Under the pieces are notes generated by a model that saw only the letters and a program-made list of their open reading frames with translations, was not told the DNA's origin and searched no databases. A stretch of 64,000 nt of DNA, from assembly GCA_963749495.1 (NCBI GenBank), contig CAVVMW010000012.1:224001-288000 (forward strand), in the 5' to 3' direction. Shown here in pieces: positions 30,610 to 42,649 of the stretch. The number at the start of each line of letters is the position of its first letter. Positions within the stretch are counted from its first letter, which is position 1. A program made the translations under genes and the position numbers. Source of the stretch: an uncultured bacterium. GTDB lineage: Bacteria; Verrucomicrobiota; Verrucomicrobiia; Limisphaerales; UBA8199.

Positions 30610-33600
30610 ATGAAGAATCCCGCCCACAACGTCCATGCCGCAGGTCCGGCGTGCAGCCTCAACTCCAAGCTCCTCGGCCTGCTCACCATTCTGCTGGCGC
30701 AAGCACCCATGTTTCAACTCTGCGCTCAGCCCCTTCTGGCCTACGACCAACCGATCACCGGAAGTATTACCAAGGCTGCGCAAAGGGACTCCTACGTGTT
30801 CACGGCGACCAACGGGGAAGAGATGGCGGTTGGGGTCCTGCGGAATTCGGGCAACATGTACCCCGAGATCGAGATACGCGGTCCGGGCGACGTCCTATTG
30901 GGTCAGAGCCACGACATCTCCTGGGCTCAAATCAACCCCTTCACCTGTACCAATGGGGGGCAATATACGGTCTGGGTGTATGACTATTACTCCACCGGGT
31001 CGGGCACCTACACGATCGTCCGCCAGCGGCGGAACGACTCCTCGCCCGTTGCTCTCGGCTATGACCAACCCATCACCAGTTCGATTACCAACATGCTCAA
31101 GGCGGACGCCTACTCGTTCACGGCGACCAACGGGGAAGAGATGGCTCTCGGGGTCCTGGTGAAATCGGGCAACATGTACCCCGAGATCGAGATACGCGGT
31201 CCGGGCAACGTCCTATTGGCCCAGAGCCACGACATCTCCTGGGCTCAAATCAACCCCTTCACCTGCACCAACGGGGGGCAATATACGGTCTGGGTGTATG
31301 ACTACAACTCCACTGGGTCGGGCACCTACACGATCGTCCGCCAGCGGCGGAACGACTTCTCGCCCGTTGCTCTCGGCTATGACCAACCGGTCACCGGGGC
31401 GATTACGAACATGCTCAAGGCGGACGCCTACTCGTTCACGGCGACCAACGGGGAAGAGATGGCTGTCGGGGTCCTGGTGAAATCAGGCAACATGTACCCG
31501 GCGATCCAGATACTTGGGCCGGGCGGCGTCCTATTAGCTCAGAGCGGCCGCAGTTCCTGGGTTCAAATCAACCCCTTCACCTGCACCAATGGGGGAGAGT
31601 TTACGCTCTGGGTGTATGACTACAACTCCACTGGGTCGGGCACCTACACGATCGTCCGCCAGCGGCGGAACGACTCCTCGCCCGTTGCTCTCGGCTATGA
31701 CCAACCCATCACCAGTTCGATTACCAACATGCTCAAGGCGGACGCCTACTCGTTCACGGCGACCAACGGGGAAGAGATGGCTCTCGGGGTCCTGGTGAAA
31801 TCGGGCAACATGTACCCCGCGATTGAGCTACTAGGGCCGGGCGGCGTCCTATTAGCTCAGAGCGGCCGCAGTTCCTGGGTTCAAATCAACCCCTTCACCT
31901 GCACCAACGGGGGACAGTTTACGGTCTGGGTGTATGACTACAACTCCACTGGGTCGGGCACCTACACCATCGTCCGCCAGCGGCGGAATTGCTTTCCGGA
32001 CATCGTGCCAATCGCTTGCCAGACAATCACGAGGACGATTACGAACCTGCTTAAGGTGGATCCATTCTCCTTGAGCGCCAAAGCTGGTGACGAATGGGTG
32101 ATCGAAGTGCAAAAGGTCTCCGGGAGCCTGTACCCCGCGATCGAGATCCGCGATCCCAGTGATGTTCTTATCGCCAGCAATCAGAGCAGCGCCTCGGTTG
32201 AGATCAACCCGCTTACCTGCACCAACGTCGGAGTTTACAGCATCTGGGTGTATGATTATTACGGCACCGGGACTGGAACCTACTACCTTTCGGCCGCGCT
32301 CAATGTGCCAGGGCCGCCAGTCATCATCAGCCAGCCGCAAGGCCAGACAAATTACGTGGGATCTACCGTGAACTTTAGCGTCGGAGCAGAAGGGTCGTGT
32401 TCTTCGAGCCTTCCGCTGAGCTACCAATGGCGTTGTTACGGGACAAACCTGATCAACGGCGGGCGTGTTAGCGGAGTAACGAACACTACCCTGACCATCT
32501 CGAACCTTCAGGCCAATGACGCAGGCCCCTACACTGTCGTGGTCAGCAATTCAGGGGGCGCGGTCGACCAGCAGCCCAGCGTGGTTGGAGGTGCTCACCG
32601 TGACCAACACGGTGACCTTCGCAATGGGGAGCGTGAGCGGGTGGCAGGGAGCGCTGGTTGATGTGCCCGTAGTGGTGACGCAGTTCGTGCAGGTGAAGTC
32701 GTTTCAGTTCTCGTGCCACTGGGATCCGGCCGTGGCACAACTCGCGGGGTTGCCTCAGTTCGGACTGCCCGGCATGACCCAGGGCAATTTCGGAACGAAC
32801 CTGGCGCCGGGTGGCACTGTGGCCGTTTCCTGGGACGACCCCGACGCGGCGAGCAAGAGCCTCACCAATGGCACGGTGGCCTTCGCCCTTCGGCTAAGAC
32901 TGGTCGGAACCAACGGAGCGACCAGCAGACTTTGGATCGATGGCAACCCGACCACCGTCGAGGTGTTGAATGCGCAGTTCATGGGGCTGCCGGCGAATCT
33001 CATTTCTGGCACGCTTGTCATTACGAACGGCCCGAGCATCAGCGGCGTCATTGATTATTTCGCCGGGCTGTCAAATCCGGTTGCCGGGGTCACCGTGCAG
33101 CTTGGCGGGGCAGACAACAGGACCACGGTTACAGCCGCCGACGGCAGCTATGTCTTCGCTAACCTGAGGCAGGGCAGCAACTACACACTCACCCCTAGCC
33201 GCTCGACGGACGATCCCCCTTCCAGGGGCGTGACTTCGGCGGACATTCTTGCGGTTCGCGCGCACATTCTTCAAATCATCCCGCTCGACCCGCCTTGGAA
33301 ACTCCTTGCCGCCGACGTGAATGCGGATCACGCCATTACGACGGCGGACATTGACTACATGCGGCCGCTGATCCTGGGCATGACTAGCTCTCTGCCGGCG
33401 GGCCTGTGGCTCTTTGTCCCAACGGACTACGTTTTTCCCGATCCCTCGCACCCTTGGAATCCGCCTGGCGCTCGGTCGGTGACGAACCTCCTGGGCGACC
33501 TCCCAGGCCAGAGCTTTACCGGGGTCAAATTGGGCGACGTGAACGGTTCCTGGCCGGATCCTCCGGGCACGGCAGGGAGTGTACACGCCATGGCCTATTC

Positions 33601-34243
33601 CGAGGGCCCCGTCACGTTTGCCCTGAAAGGGGGCATCTGCCGCGCAGGCGACAATGTGAACGTGGCCGTTGCGGTCATGGGGTTCACGAACGTCACCAGC
33701 GCCCAATTCACGCTCGAGTGGGATTCGGCCCTCCTTGAGTTTGTGAGCGCAGGAGGCTATGGCCTGCCCGATCTGGGCAGCGCCAACTTCGGCACCAACC
33801 GGGTCAGCGCGGGGAAGCTCGCTTTCGCCTGGGATGACAGCACTCTGGCCGGAGTTTCGCTGGCAGATGGCAGTGCCATCTTCACCGCCACCCTGCGCGG
33901 TTTGGCTGGCCCTTGCGAGAAAACGTCCAGCCTCACGTTCAGTGATGACCCCACGGTTCGGGAGGTCACCGTTGCGCTGCGCCAGGTCGGACTTGCCGAA
34001 GTGCCTGGCAGCGTGTTGGTGACCTGCCGGCCCGGGCTGGCGCTGCGAATGACCAACGGTGTGCCGGTGCTCGTGATCCAGGGAACGCCGGGCATGCAGG
34101 TCGAGCTGCAGAAGGCGCTCGTCCTGGCGCCCGGGGCTTGGTCCAAAGTGGCGGACGTAACCTTGAGCGCTCCCGAACAACCGTGGGCTGACCCGGCCGG
34201 TCTTGGTGGCGGTTCGGCCTTTTACAGGCTCCTTGTGAAATAG
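30610..34243 (+). CDS. Large secreted modular protein: 5 PPC-like repeats, Ig, cohesin, beta-sandwich, dockerin, cohesin, FYR C-terminal domain (frameshift ~32566)
   Basis: Signal peptide; 106-aa repeats; PVIISQPQ..LSYQW..DAGPYTVVVSN Ig; VDVPVVV..FQFSCHWDP and VNVAVAV..AQFTLEWD cohesin-like; AADVNADHAITTADI dockerin; ends AFYRLLVK. Confidence 0.8.
30741..32012 (+). repeat. Four 318-bp near-identical coding tandem repeats (a diverged fifth follows)
   Basis: Units start at about 30741, 31059, 31377 and 31695 (CTA[C/T]GACCAACC). Confidence 0.9.
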
Positions 34244-34267
34244 GGACACCGGTCATTTCCGCCGACG

Positions 34268-35023
34268 ATGAAAATGAATGAACCTATGAAAACAATCTTC
34301 AATAGCAGATTTCCGAAGGTGGCGGTCATTTGCACGGATGAGGAGCGGTTGAAGAAAATCGCCCCCGCGGTGACCGGGAGCCTCGGCGCGGAAATGGCCG
34401 CGCGGGTCATTTACGCTAAACGATGCGTGGGCGGTTTGGCTCTGCTGAGTCTGGTGCTGTGGTGGAGCGGATGCGTTAGCCCCAAGGTTCCGGAGGTCGA
34501 GCCGGTCGACTACGACACCAAGGTTCCCCTAGCGGCGGCGTTCTACATGGAAAAGTCCGACCAGGAAGCCGTTAGCAGCCGCGGAACGCTCAAGATATCA
34601 ACAGGTCAGTTTGTTCACCGCTACGCCCTTGTCGGCTTGACCAAGGGGTTCACCCACTTTGCTGAAAGCCCTACCCTTCCGCCCGCCGGGGAGCACGATG
34701 TGTTGATCAGCATCAAGGGCCTCAAGCACAAGCTGGACGTGCCGTTTCCTGGCTCGACCTTCATCCTGGACTTGGAAGTGCCGGTGCAGGTGGACAGCCG
34801 TCAAGGCAAGCGGCTTATGGACGAGGTGCTGAAAGACAAGATCACCGTGCGGCAAAGTTCAAGCGCGGGGGGCATGCTGGCCGCCTTGGAATTGTCGCCC
34901 CGGTTTGAAACAGCGATCCACCGATCGTTGACCAAGATGTTCAAGGAACTGATGGAGACCATCCAGGACGAATCCAAGAAATGGGAACTCCCGGCCAAAG
35001 CCTCGGTGCCGCCGCCGCCGTAG
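34268..35023 (+). CDS. Putative lipoprotein (start uncertain)
   Basis: Hydrophobic stretch ending in WSGC lipobox. Confidence 0.6.
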   Translation: MKMNEPMKTIFNSRFPKVAVICTDEERLKKIAPAVTGSLGAEMAARVIYAKRCVGGLALLSLVLWWSGCVSPKVPEVEPVDYDTKVPLAAAFYMEKSDQEAVSSRGTLKISTGQFVHRYALVGLTKGFTHFAESPTLPPAGEHDVLISIKGLKHKLDVPFPGSTFILDLEVPVQVDSRQGKRLMDEVLKDKITVRQSSSAGGMLAALELSPRFETAIHRSLTKMFKELMETIQDESKKWELPAKASVPPPP

Positions 35024-35072
35024 CCCACGCGGCCCGGCCAACCTCTGGCACGATCGACGCTACGAACATGTC

Positions 35073-35639
35073 ATGAACCGAACATCCGAAAGGCCGCTCC
35101 TACCGTATCGGGGTCTGCTGATCCTCTTTCTGGGCGGGGCCCTCACCGCCGGGGGCAGTGAGAATGTGTTTTCCTACTCCAAGTGGGCATCGATCCCCCC
35201 GAACAAAAATGTCTCCATTCGGCTGTTGCGCCCGCTGTGCGCCCAGGTGGATGCGACCAAATTCGCGCTCGAAAGCCTGCCGCCGGCTCTCACGGAAAAG
35301 CTGAAACGGGCGGAGAGCTTCAAAGGCCGAAAGGTGGACATCCTGCCGTCGTCCGAGGCCAAACCGAGCGGCCTGTTGCTGGAAGTGAAGCCTATTGACG
35401 TGCTGAGTGTACCGGGGATTCCGACGGTCACCACCGGACTTCTGGGGGGGGCGCCCGGCATGGTGGCCGTGGCCGGCCGTCTGGTCGATGCCGACAAGGA
35501 TCGAATTCTGATGACCTTCGAGGACACACGTATCGTCGAGCGGACCATCCTCCACGGGGGTGACAGGGCCTTCATCGCTCACCTCGCCAACTTGATCGCC
35601 GAGGATATTGTGGCCATGCTCGAGGAAAGGCACAGGTAA
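35073..35639 (+). CDS. Secreted protein, DUF4410-like
   Basis: Signal peptide; LLLEVKPIDV..G..GLLGGAPGMVAVAGRLVDA; C-terminal helix LANLIAEDIV. Confidence 0.55.
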   Translation: MNRTSERPLLPYRGLLILFLGGALTAGGSENVFSYSKWASIPPNKNVSIRLLRPLCAQVDATKFALESLPPALTEKLKRAESFKGRKVDILPSSEAKPSGLLLEVKPIDVLSVPGIPTVTTGLLGGAPGMVAVAGRLVDADKDRILMTFEDTRIVERTILHGGDRAFIAHLANLIAEDIVAMLEERHR

Positions 35640-35640
35640 C

Positions 35641-36207
35641 ATGCGGAAGCCTCAACCCCTCCTGCTTATCGGCTGCCTGGGCACGCTACTGGTCCTGGCG
35701 GTCGGCTGTTCCACTCCTCCGAAGTTCCCGATCGCCGAGATGGCGCGACACGCGTCGTTCGAACCCATGAAACCCGGCGCCCGGCTCCAGGGAACTGGGC
35801 TCATTCTCGTGCCGAAGGATTTGCTCAAAGCAATGCCCAGCCTGGACAGCGGTGCCGACAATCTCTGGCTTTGGTTCTACAGGACCGGCTTGGGCACCGC
35901 TTTCGACCAGGCTGAGATCATCGAGCAACTACCCGCAGATACCGGGGGCAGCCGGGGGAAAGTGGTGGTGAAACCGGAACTCTGGGGATACTTCTTCCAG
36001 CGCTACGGGCGGCAGTGGACCTGCTGGCTGGAGTTCAAAATCCGTTTCCTCAGCCCTCAGGGAAAACAGCGCGCAGCGTTTCTGGCCGAAGGAGATGGGA
36101 CCGAGACCGAAGCGATACCGGCCTTGGCCTCAGCTCTGCGTGGCGTGATTCGGAAATACCAGCGCACCATCACCAACAGCAAACAGGAGGATTTCCTGGG
36201 GCCATAG
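35641..36207 (+). CDS. Putative lipoprotein
   Basis: MRKPQPLLLIGCLGTLLVLAVGC lipobox; starts 1 nt after the upstream stop. Confidence 0.65.
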   Translation: MRKPQPLLLIGCLGTLLVLAVGCSTPPKFPIAEMARHASFEPMKPGARLQGTGLILVPKDLLKAMPSLDSGADNLWLWFYRTGLGTAFDQAEIIEQLPADTGGSRGKVVVKPELWGYFFQRYGRQWTCWLEFKIRFLSPQGKQRAAFLAEGDGTETEAIPALASALRGVIRKYQRTITNSKQEDFLGP

Positions 36208-36339
36208 CCGGGAGCCTCACGGCCCCTGTGGGCGGCCGGGGACTGCGACGATGTGCGAACCTTGAAGCGCAAAGCAGTGGGAAGTAGGGCTCACATCTCA
36301 ACATTTGACATTTGCCTGTACGGTGCGGAAATTCATCCA

Positions 36340-36585
36340 GGGGGAGACAGTTGGCCTTCCCACCGACTGGTCAGTCCGCCGTTTGTGGTGCCGGCGGCGA
36401 GCCAGAGCCCGCGGCTGCGGTTCTGGCACTGGCTTGACCTGGACACCTCATACGGTGACGAAGCTTGGGTGGAGATCAGCGTCAGTGGTGGGAGTTGGAG
36501 CACGATTTCGCCCACCCACTCTGGCAGTTCCGGAGGGAACTGGACTCAGCCTTGGCTTGACTTGGTTGCTTATGCGGGGAAGATC
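36340..36585 (+). pseudogene. Orphan fragment of a MAM/cleaved-adhesin-like extracellular domain
   Basis: RLVSPPFVVP...PRLRFWHW...DEAWVEISVSGGSW...WTQPWLDLVAYAGK with no credible start or signal peptide. Confidence 0.6.
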
Positions 36586-36637
36586 GTGTGGGCGTATGCC
36601 AGTCAACTTCGAAAGCCTCAACCGAAAAATCAACACC

Positions 36638-39600
36638 ATGAGCACGAATCCATCCTGTAGTTCAAAGTTTGCCGGTCGGGGTTCAAGTTTTGATGTTCCC
36701 CTCCTTCTGCTGCTATTCCTAGCCACAGCCGCCAGTGCCCAAGCCATCCTGCGCTACGTGGACGCGAACAGCACCAATGCCACGCCACCCTACACCAATT
36801 GGACCACCGCTGCCCGGGTCATCCAGGACGCTGTGGAGGCTGCCGTGCCTGCTGACGAAATCGTGGTGGCCAACGGCATCTACGCCATCGGTGGGCGGGC
36901 AGTGGACGGAACCATGACCAACCGCGTGGCGGTGGACAAACCGCTGACGCTACGGAGCATCAACGGCCCCCAGTTCACGGTGATCCAGGGCTGCCAGGTG
37001 GCCGGAACAACCAACGGGGACAGCGCGGTTCGGTGCGTGTACCTGGCCGACGGCGCCAGCCTGTCCGGGTTCACATTGACCAATGGCGCCACGCAGAGTG
37101 AAGGGGATTCGACCGGCGAGCAAGGCGGCGGAGTGTTCTGCGCCTCCACGAACGCCACCCTCACGAACTGTGTCCTCGTCGGCAATTCGGCCTTTCAGGA
37201 CGGCGGCGGAGCGTATTCGGGCACGTTGAACAACTGCACGATCAGCGGCAACTCGGCCTCGCAGGACGGCGGGGGGGCGTATTTTTGCACACTCAACAAC
37301 TGCACGCTCACCGGCAACTCGGCTAGCGACTCCGGCGGCGGCGCGTATCTAAGCACGCTGAACAACTGCACGGTGAGCGGCAACTCGGCCAACAGCGGGG
37401 GCGGGGCATACCACGGCACTCTGAACAACTGCACAATCAGCGGCAACTCGGCCTCGCAGGACGGCGGGGGGGCGTATTTTTGCACACTCAACAACTGCAC
37501 GCTGACGGGCAACTCTGCCTGGTGCGGTGGAGGGGCGAATGGGGGTGCGCTGCACAACTGCATCCTGTATTTCAACACCTCGGCGCCCGGACTCGGAGCG
37601 AACTACTACTATCTCCAGGGTACGCTGAACTACTGTTGCACTACGCCGCAACCGGACTCCTGGCAGGGCGTCGGCAACCTGAGCCTCGATCCGCAACTGG
37701 CCAGCGCCTCGCACTTAAGCCCCGGTTCGCCTTGTCGGGGAGCAGGCAGCGCCGCCTACGCAACCGGCACCGACATTGACGGAGAAAGCTGGGCCAATCC
37801 GCCGTCCATCGGCTGCGAGGAATACCACACGGGGGCAGTGACGGGACCGTTGAGTGTCGCCATCGTTGCGCCCCTGACGAATCTTGCGGCGCGCTATCCC
37901 GCAGGTCTCACGGCGCTCATTGAAGGGAGAACCAGCGCCAGTGCGTGGGACTTTGGGGACGGGTTGGTGGTGAGCAACCAGCCCTATGCCTCTCACAGTT
38001 GGGCAGCGGCTGGAGACTATCTGATACGGCTTAGCGCGTATAACGAGACCCATCCCGAAGGGGTGAGCGCGACTGGCCTGGTTCATGTGGTATCGACGAC
38101 GCGCTACGTGGACGCGAACAACGCCACCCCTGCACTGCCTTACACCAACTGGACCGCCGCCGCCGCAACGATCCAGCAGGCTGTGGAGGCGGCGGACATG
38201 GGAGACGAGGTTGTGGTGACCAACGGCACGTACGCCACGGGCGGGCGGGCGGTCTATGGCACCATGACCAACCGTGTGGCGGTGAACAAGCCGCTGATCG
38301 TGCGAAGCGTCAACGGCCCGCAGTTCACGGTGATCCAAGGTTGCCAAGTGCCTGGCACCACCAACGGAGACGGCGCAATTCGGTGCGTGTACCTCACCAA
38401 CGGTGCCAGCCTGACCGGCTTCACCTTGACCCACGGGGCCACACGGAGCACCGGGGATGACAGCCGCGAGCAAAGCGGCGGCGGGCTGTGGTGTGAATCC
38501 ACAAATTCCTTGGTGACCAACTGCGTCATTGCGGGCAACTTGGCGCACTACTCCGGCGGCGGGGCGTATTCGGGCACGCTGAACGACTGCACGTTGACCG
38601 GCAACTCGGCCCACGACGGTGGCGGGGCACACTCGGGCACTCTGAACAACTGCACGCTCACGGCCAACTGCGCTGGCTACGGCGGCGGCGGGGCGTCTGG
38701 GAGCACGCTGAACAACTGCGCGTTGACCGGCAACTCGGCCGTTTGGGGTGGCGGGGCCGGTGGCGACTACTTCAGCGGCTACTGCACGCTGAACAACTGC
38801 ACACTGACCGGCAACTCGGCCCAAGACTCGGGTGGTGGCGCATCTTCGTGCGCGCTCGGCAACTGCATCGTCTATTTCAACACGGGTCCAAACGGAGCGA
38901 ATTACGACGACACTTCCTGCATTGTGAACTACTGTTGCACCACGCCGCAACCGGACTCCGGGCAGGGCGTCGGCAACCTCAGCCTCGATCCGCAACTGGC
39001 CAGCGCCTGGCACTTAAGCGCCGGTTCGCCTTGTCGGGGAGCAGGCAGCGCCGCCTACGCAACCGGCACCGACATTGACGGAGAAAGCTGGGCCAATCCC
39101 CCGTCCATCGGCTGCGAGGAATACCACACGGGGGCAGTGACGGGACCGTTGAGTGTCGCCATCGCTGCGCCCCTGACGAATCTCCCGGCGGGCTATCCCG
39201 CAGGACTCACGGCGCTCATTGAAGGGAGAACCAGCGCCAGTGTGTGGGACTTCGGGGACGGGCTGGTGTCGAGCAACCAGCCTTACGCGACGCACGCCTG
39301 GGCAACGGCCGGCAACTATGCCGTGGTCTTGTGGGCGTATAATGACAGCCAGCCGTTTGGGGTGAGGGCCACAACGACAGTCCACGTGGTCGCGCAGCCC
39401 GTTCACTATGTCGCAGCCGGCAGCACCAATGCGCTAGCGCCCTACACTTCTTGGTCCACGGCGGCTGCAACCATCCAAGATGCCGTGGAGGCAGCGGAGC
39501 TTTGGGCGTTGGTGTTGGTGACCAACGGCACCTACCTCACGGGCGGGCGGGCGGTGGGAACAAACGCCTTGGTCAACCGCGTGGCCGTGGGCAAGCCGCT

Positions 39601-41378
39601 GGCGCTGCAGAGCGTCAACGGGCCGCAGTTCACGGTGATCCAGGGCTGCCAGGTGGCCGGGACAACCAACGGAGACGGCGCAATTCGGTGCGTGTACCTG
39701 GCCGACGGCGCCAGCCTGTCCGGGTTCACGTTGACCAATGGCGCCACGCAGAGTGGCGGGGATTCGACCGGCCAGCAAGGCGGCGGAGTGTTTTGCGCCT
39801 CCACCAACGCCACCCTCACGAACTGTGTCCTCGTGGGCAACTCGGCCTTTCAGGACGGCGGCGGGGCGTATTCGGGCACGCTGAACAACTGCACGGTGAC
39901 CAGCAACTCGGCCTACTACGGCGGCGGGGCATACTCCGGCACGCTGAACAACTGCACGCTGACCGGCAACTCCGCTTCCTTTGCCGGCGGTGGGGCGTCC
40001 TACGGCATGCTGAACAACTGCACGCTTGCAGGCAACTCGGCCGTCGGAGGGTTTTTGCTCACCGCGCTAGGCGGGGGAACCTACCAAGCCACGCTGAACA
40101 ACTGCACGCTGGCCAGCAATTCGTCGCGTGTGAGCGGTGGGGGGGCGTTTGGAGGCACACTGAACAACTGCACGGTGAGCGGCAACTCCGCCGACAGCGG
40201 GGGCGGGGTGTGTAACTACACGGAGTGGGGCCCGTGTGTGCTCAACGGGTGCACACTCAACGGGAATTCTGCCGGGGACTCTGGCGGCGGAGCTGAAAGC
40301 TGCACGCTGAACAACTGCACGCTGATCGGCAACAATGCTCGCAACGGCGGAGGGGCGAGTGACTGCTGGATGAGTAACTGCACGGTGAGCACTAATTCGG
40401 GCACTGTGGGTGGCGGAGTGTATGAGGGCACGCTGAGCAACTGCAATTTGGCTGGGAACTCGGCCAGGGACGGCGGCGGGGTGGCTTTTGCCACGGTGAA
40501 CAACTGCACGCTGACTGGAAACTTGGCGACCGGGGGCGGTGGGTCTGAAAGTGGCACGCTGAACAACTGTGCCCTGACCGGCAACTCGGCTTTCCTTTAC
40601 GGGGGCGGCGCCAATGGGGGCACCCTCAATAACTGCACGCTGACCGCAAACTTGGCGTGCAACTTCGGGGGCGGGGCGACTGGGGCCCTCTTACGGCGGT
40701 GGGGCAATCAACCTGAACAACTGCATCGTCTATTACAACACAGCACCGAGTGGGGCGAATTATGATTACAGCAACACCAACAACATCCTGAACTTCTGTT
40801 GCACGGATCCACAGCCGACCAACGGAGTTGGCAACATCGCCAACGCTCCGCTATTCGTAGATTACGCCGGCGGCAACCTGCGCCTGCAATCCAACTCCCC
40901 CTGCATCAACTCCGGAAACAACGCCTATGTCGTCGGCAGCACCGACTTGGACGGCAATCCCCGCATCGTCGGCGGCACGGTGGACATTGGGGCATACGAA
41001 TATCAAACACCTGCTTCAATCATTTCCTATGCTTGGCTCCAATATTATGGCCTGCCCACGGACGGCTCGGCGGATTTCGCAGATCCAGACCACGACGGCA
41101 TGAACAATTGGCAGGAGTGGCGTTGCGGAACAGACCCCACCAACGCTCTTTCAGTCTTGAAGATTCTTGCTCCATCCAACACCGTTTCAGGCATCAACAT
41201 CACCTGGCAAAGCGTTCAAGGAATCAACTATTATCTCCAGAGCAGCACCAATCTCTCCGGGCAACCAGCGTTCAGCCTCGTTCATAGCAATATTGTTGGG
41301 CAGGCCGGTACTACGAGTTTCATGGACACCAACGCCACAGGAGCCGTTCCCTGTTTTTACCGGGTGGGGGTGCAATGA
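36638..41378 (+). CDS. Giant secreted right-handed beta-helix protein: 3 modules, 2 PKD domains, choice-of-anchor-Q-like ends, FYR C-terminal domain (frameshift ~40685)
   Basis: Signal peptide; repeated GGGA....[20 protein letters not shown] motifs; [38 protein letters not shown]; ends CFYRVGVQ. Confidence 0.85.
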
Positions 41379-41894
41379 GACTGCGCGCCAAACGAAGGCC
41401 GTAGATTCAAGAAACTCGGGCGACGACGGACGGAGCGGGTGCGCCCTAAAGATGTTGAGATCCCAGAGGGATCACGGATCGTTTTTCAGCGGAATGGATC
41501 GCCGATGCTGGCCAGCAAACCACAGGGCAGGGGAGCCTGGCACCGGAACGAGGAGCTTTTGCTCATTCACGACGATCCTGAGCAGGCCGGGAAAGACCTC
41601 CCTCAAGGCACCTGGCGCAGAACGGCGGAGGCCTTCCAGAAGATCATCCACGAGAGGGCCGGCGCCTGAAGCCCGCTCCGGTGGCTGCTCTACAACAGGG
41701 TCACTTTTTTGTCTCACACCCGAGCGTCACGGGATTTTGCTGGACACGTGCGAATTCCTCTGGCTCCTGTCCTCCGACCCGCTGGTCAGGCAACGTCCGA
41801 TGGCGTTGCTTTGAGCTTTGTTCGCTGCCAGCAGGCATCGCCTGGAGAGCGAATCCGCTTGTTGCAACGGCGGCTCGTGGCTAACATATCCTGC

Positions 41895-42149
41895 ATGAGC
41901 GCGGTCGAACTCGCTGTTAGAGAAGTCAAAAAACTTTCGGCGCCGGAGGCCCGTCAACTGTTGCGCTGGCTGGGGGAGCGGAAGGGGAAAAGAGCGCCTC
42001 TGAGACAGCGGGCCGGGACATCGCGTCGCAAAGCCGCTGCCCGCCGCTCCATGCGGAAGCTCAAGGCATGGCAAGACTCTGTTCGAGGCACGACTGACTG
42101 GGAACCGCCGAGGATGCCTGAGGATCTGGTCAAGCCGGCGCCGCTGTGA
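41895..42149 (+). CDS. Putative antitoxin, copy 1 (cognate toxin lost)
   Basis: Paralog of 42650-42904; followed only by the first codons of vapC. Confidence 0.65.
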   Translation: MSAVELAVREVKKLSAPEARQLLRWLGERKGKRAPLRQRAGTSRRKAAARRSMRKLKAWQDSVRGTTDWEPPRMPEDLVKPAPL

Positions 42150-42264
42150 ACTTCGTGCCCGATGCTAAAGCCGAAATCTTCCCCAGCGTCGGGCCAATCG
42201 CGTCACCGCAATCAGACGCGCGAGACTTCTTGCCGCCGGTCGAGTCCAAGGTTAATCTCGTGTC

Positions 42265-42486
42265 ATGAGCTATCTGACGGTTGAAGTCGAAATTGATCAC
42301 GGGCGCGTTTCACCGAGAGGCGCTGAAACGCTGCCCGAGAAAGCGTCCGGTCTGCTCACGATTCTCAATCCGCCGCCGCTTGGCCAGCCGCGTCCAATCG
42401 GTTTGGCCAAGGGCCAGTTCACCGTGCCGGAGGACTTCAACGCCCCGTTGCCAGAAGACGTGCTCCGGACGTTCGAGGGCAAATGA
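42265..42486 (+). CDS. DUF2281-like putative antitoxin
   Basis: C-terminal PRPIGLAKGQFTVPEDFNAPLPEDVLRTFEG; TTGCCG-17-TAATCT 6 nt upstream. Confidence 0.75.
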   Translation: MSYLTVEVEIDHGRVSPRGAETLPEKASGLLTILNPPPLGQPRPIGLAKGQFTVPEDFNAPLPEDVLRTFEGK

Positions 42487-42569
42487 GGATTTTGCCGGAC
42501 ACCTGCGAATTCGTCTGGCTCGTGTCCTCCTTCCATCTGGTCAGGCAATGTCCGATGGCGTTGCTTTGA
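42483..42569 (+). pseudogene. 5' remnant of a PIN toxin
   Basis: ATGA overlap, MRILPDTCEFVWLVS then an early stop; the paralogous copy at 41734 reads ILLDTCEFLWL. Confidence 0.6.
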
Positions 42570-42649
42570 GCTTTGTTCGCTGCCAGCGGGCATCGCCTGG
42601 AGAGCGAATCCGCTTGCTGCAACGGCGGCTCCTGGCTAACATATCCTGC

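Noticed and set aside
36960..39890. Diversity-generating retroelement TR/VR pair
   Set aside because: Repeats are in-frame domain duplications without evident adenine-specific mismatches, and no reverse transcriptase is present.
41400..41669. Short ORF after the beta-helix gene
   Set aside because: No credible start or motif; possibly a 3' gene scrap but unsupported.
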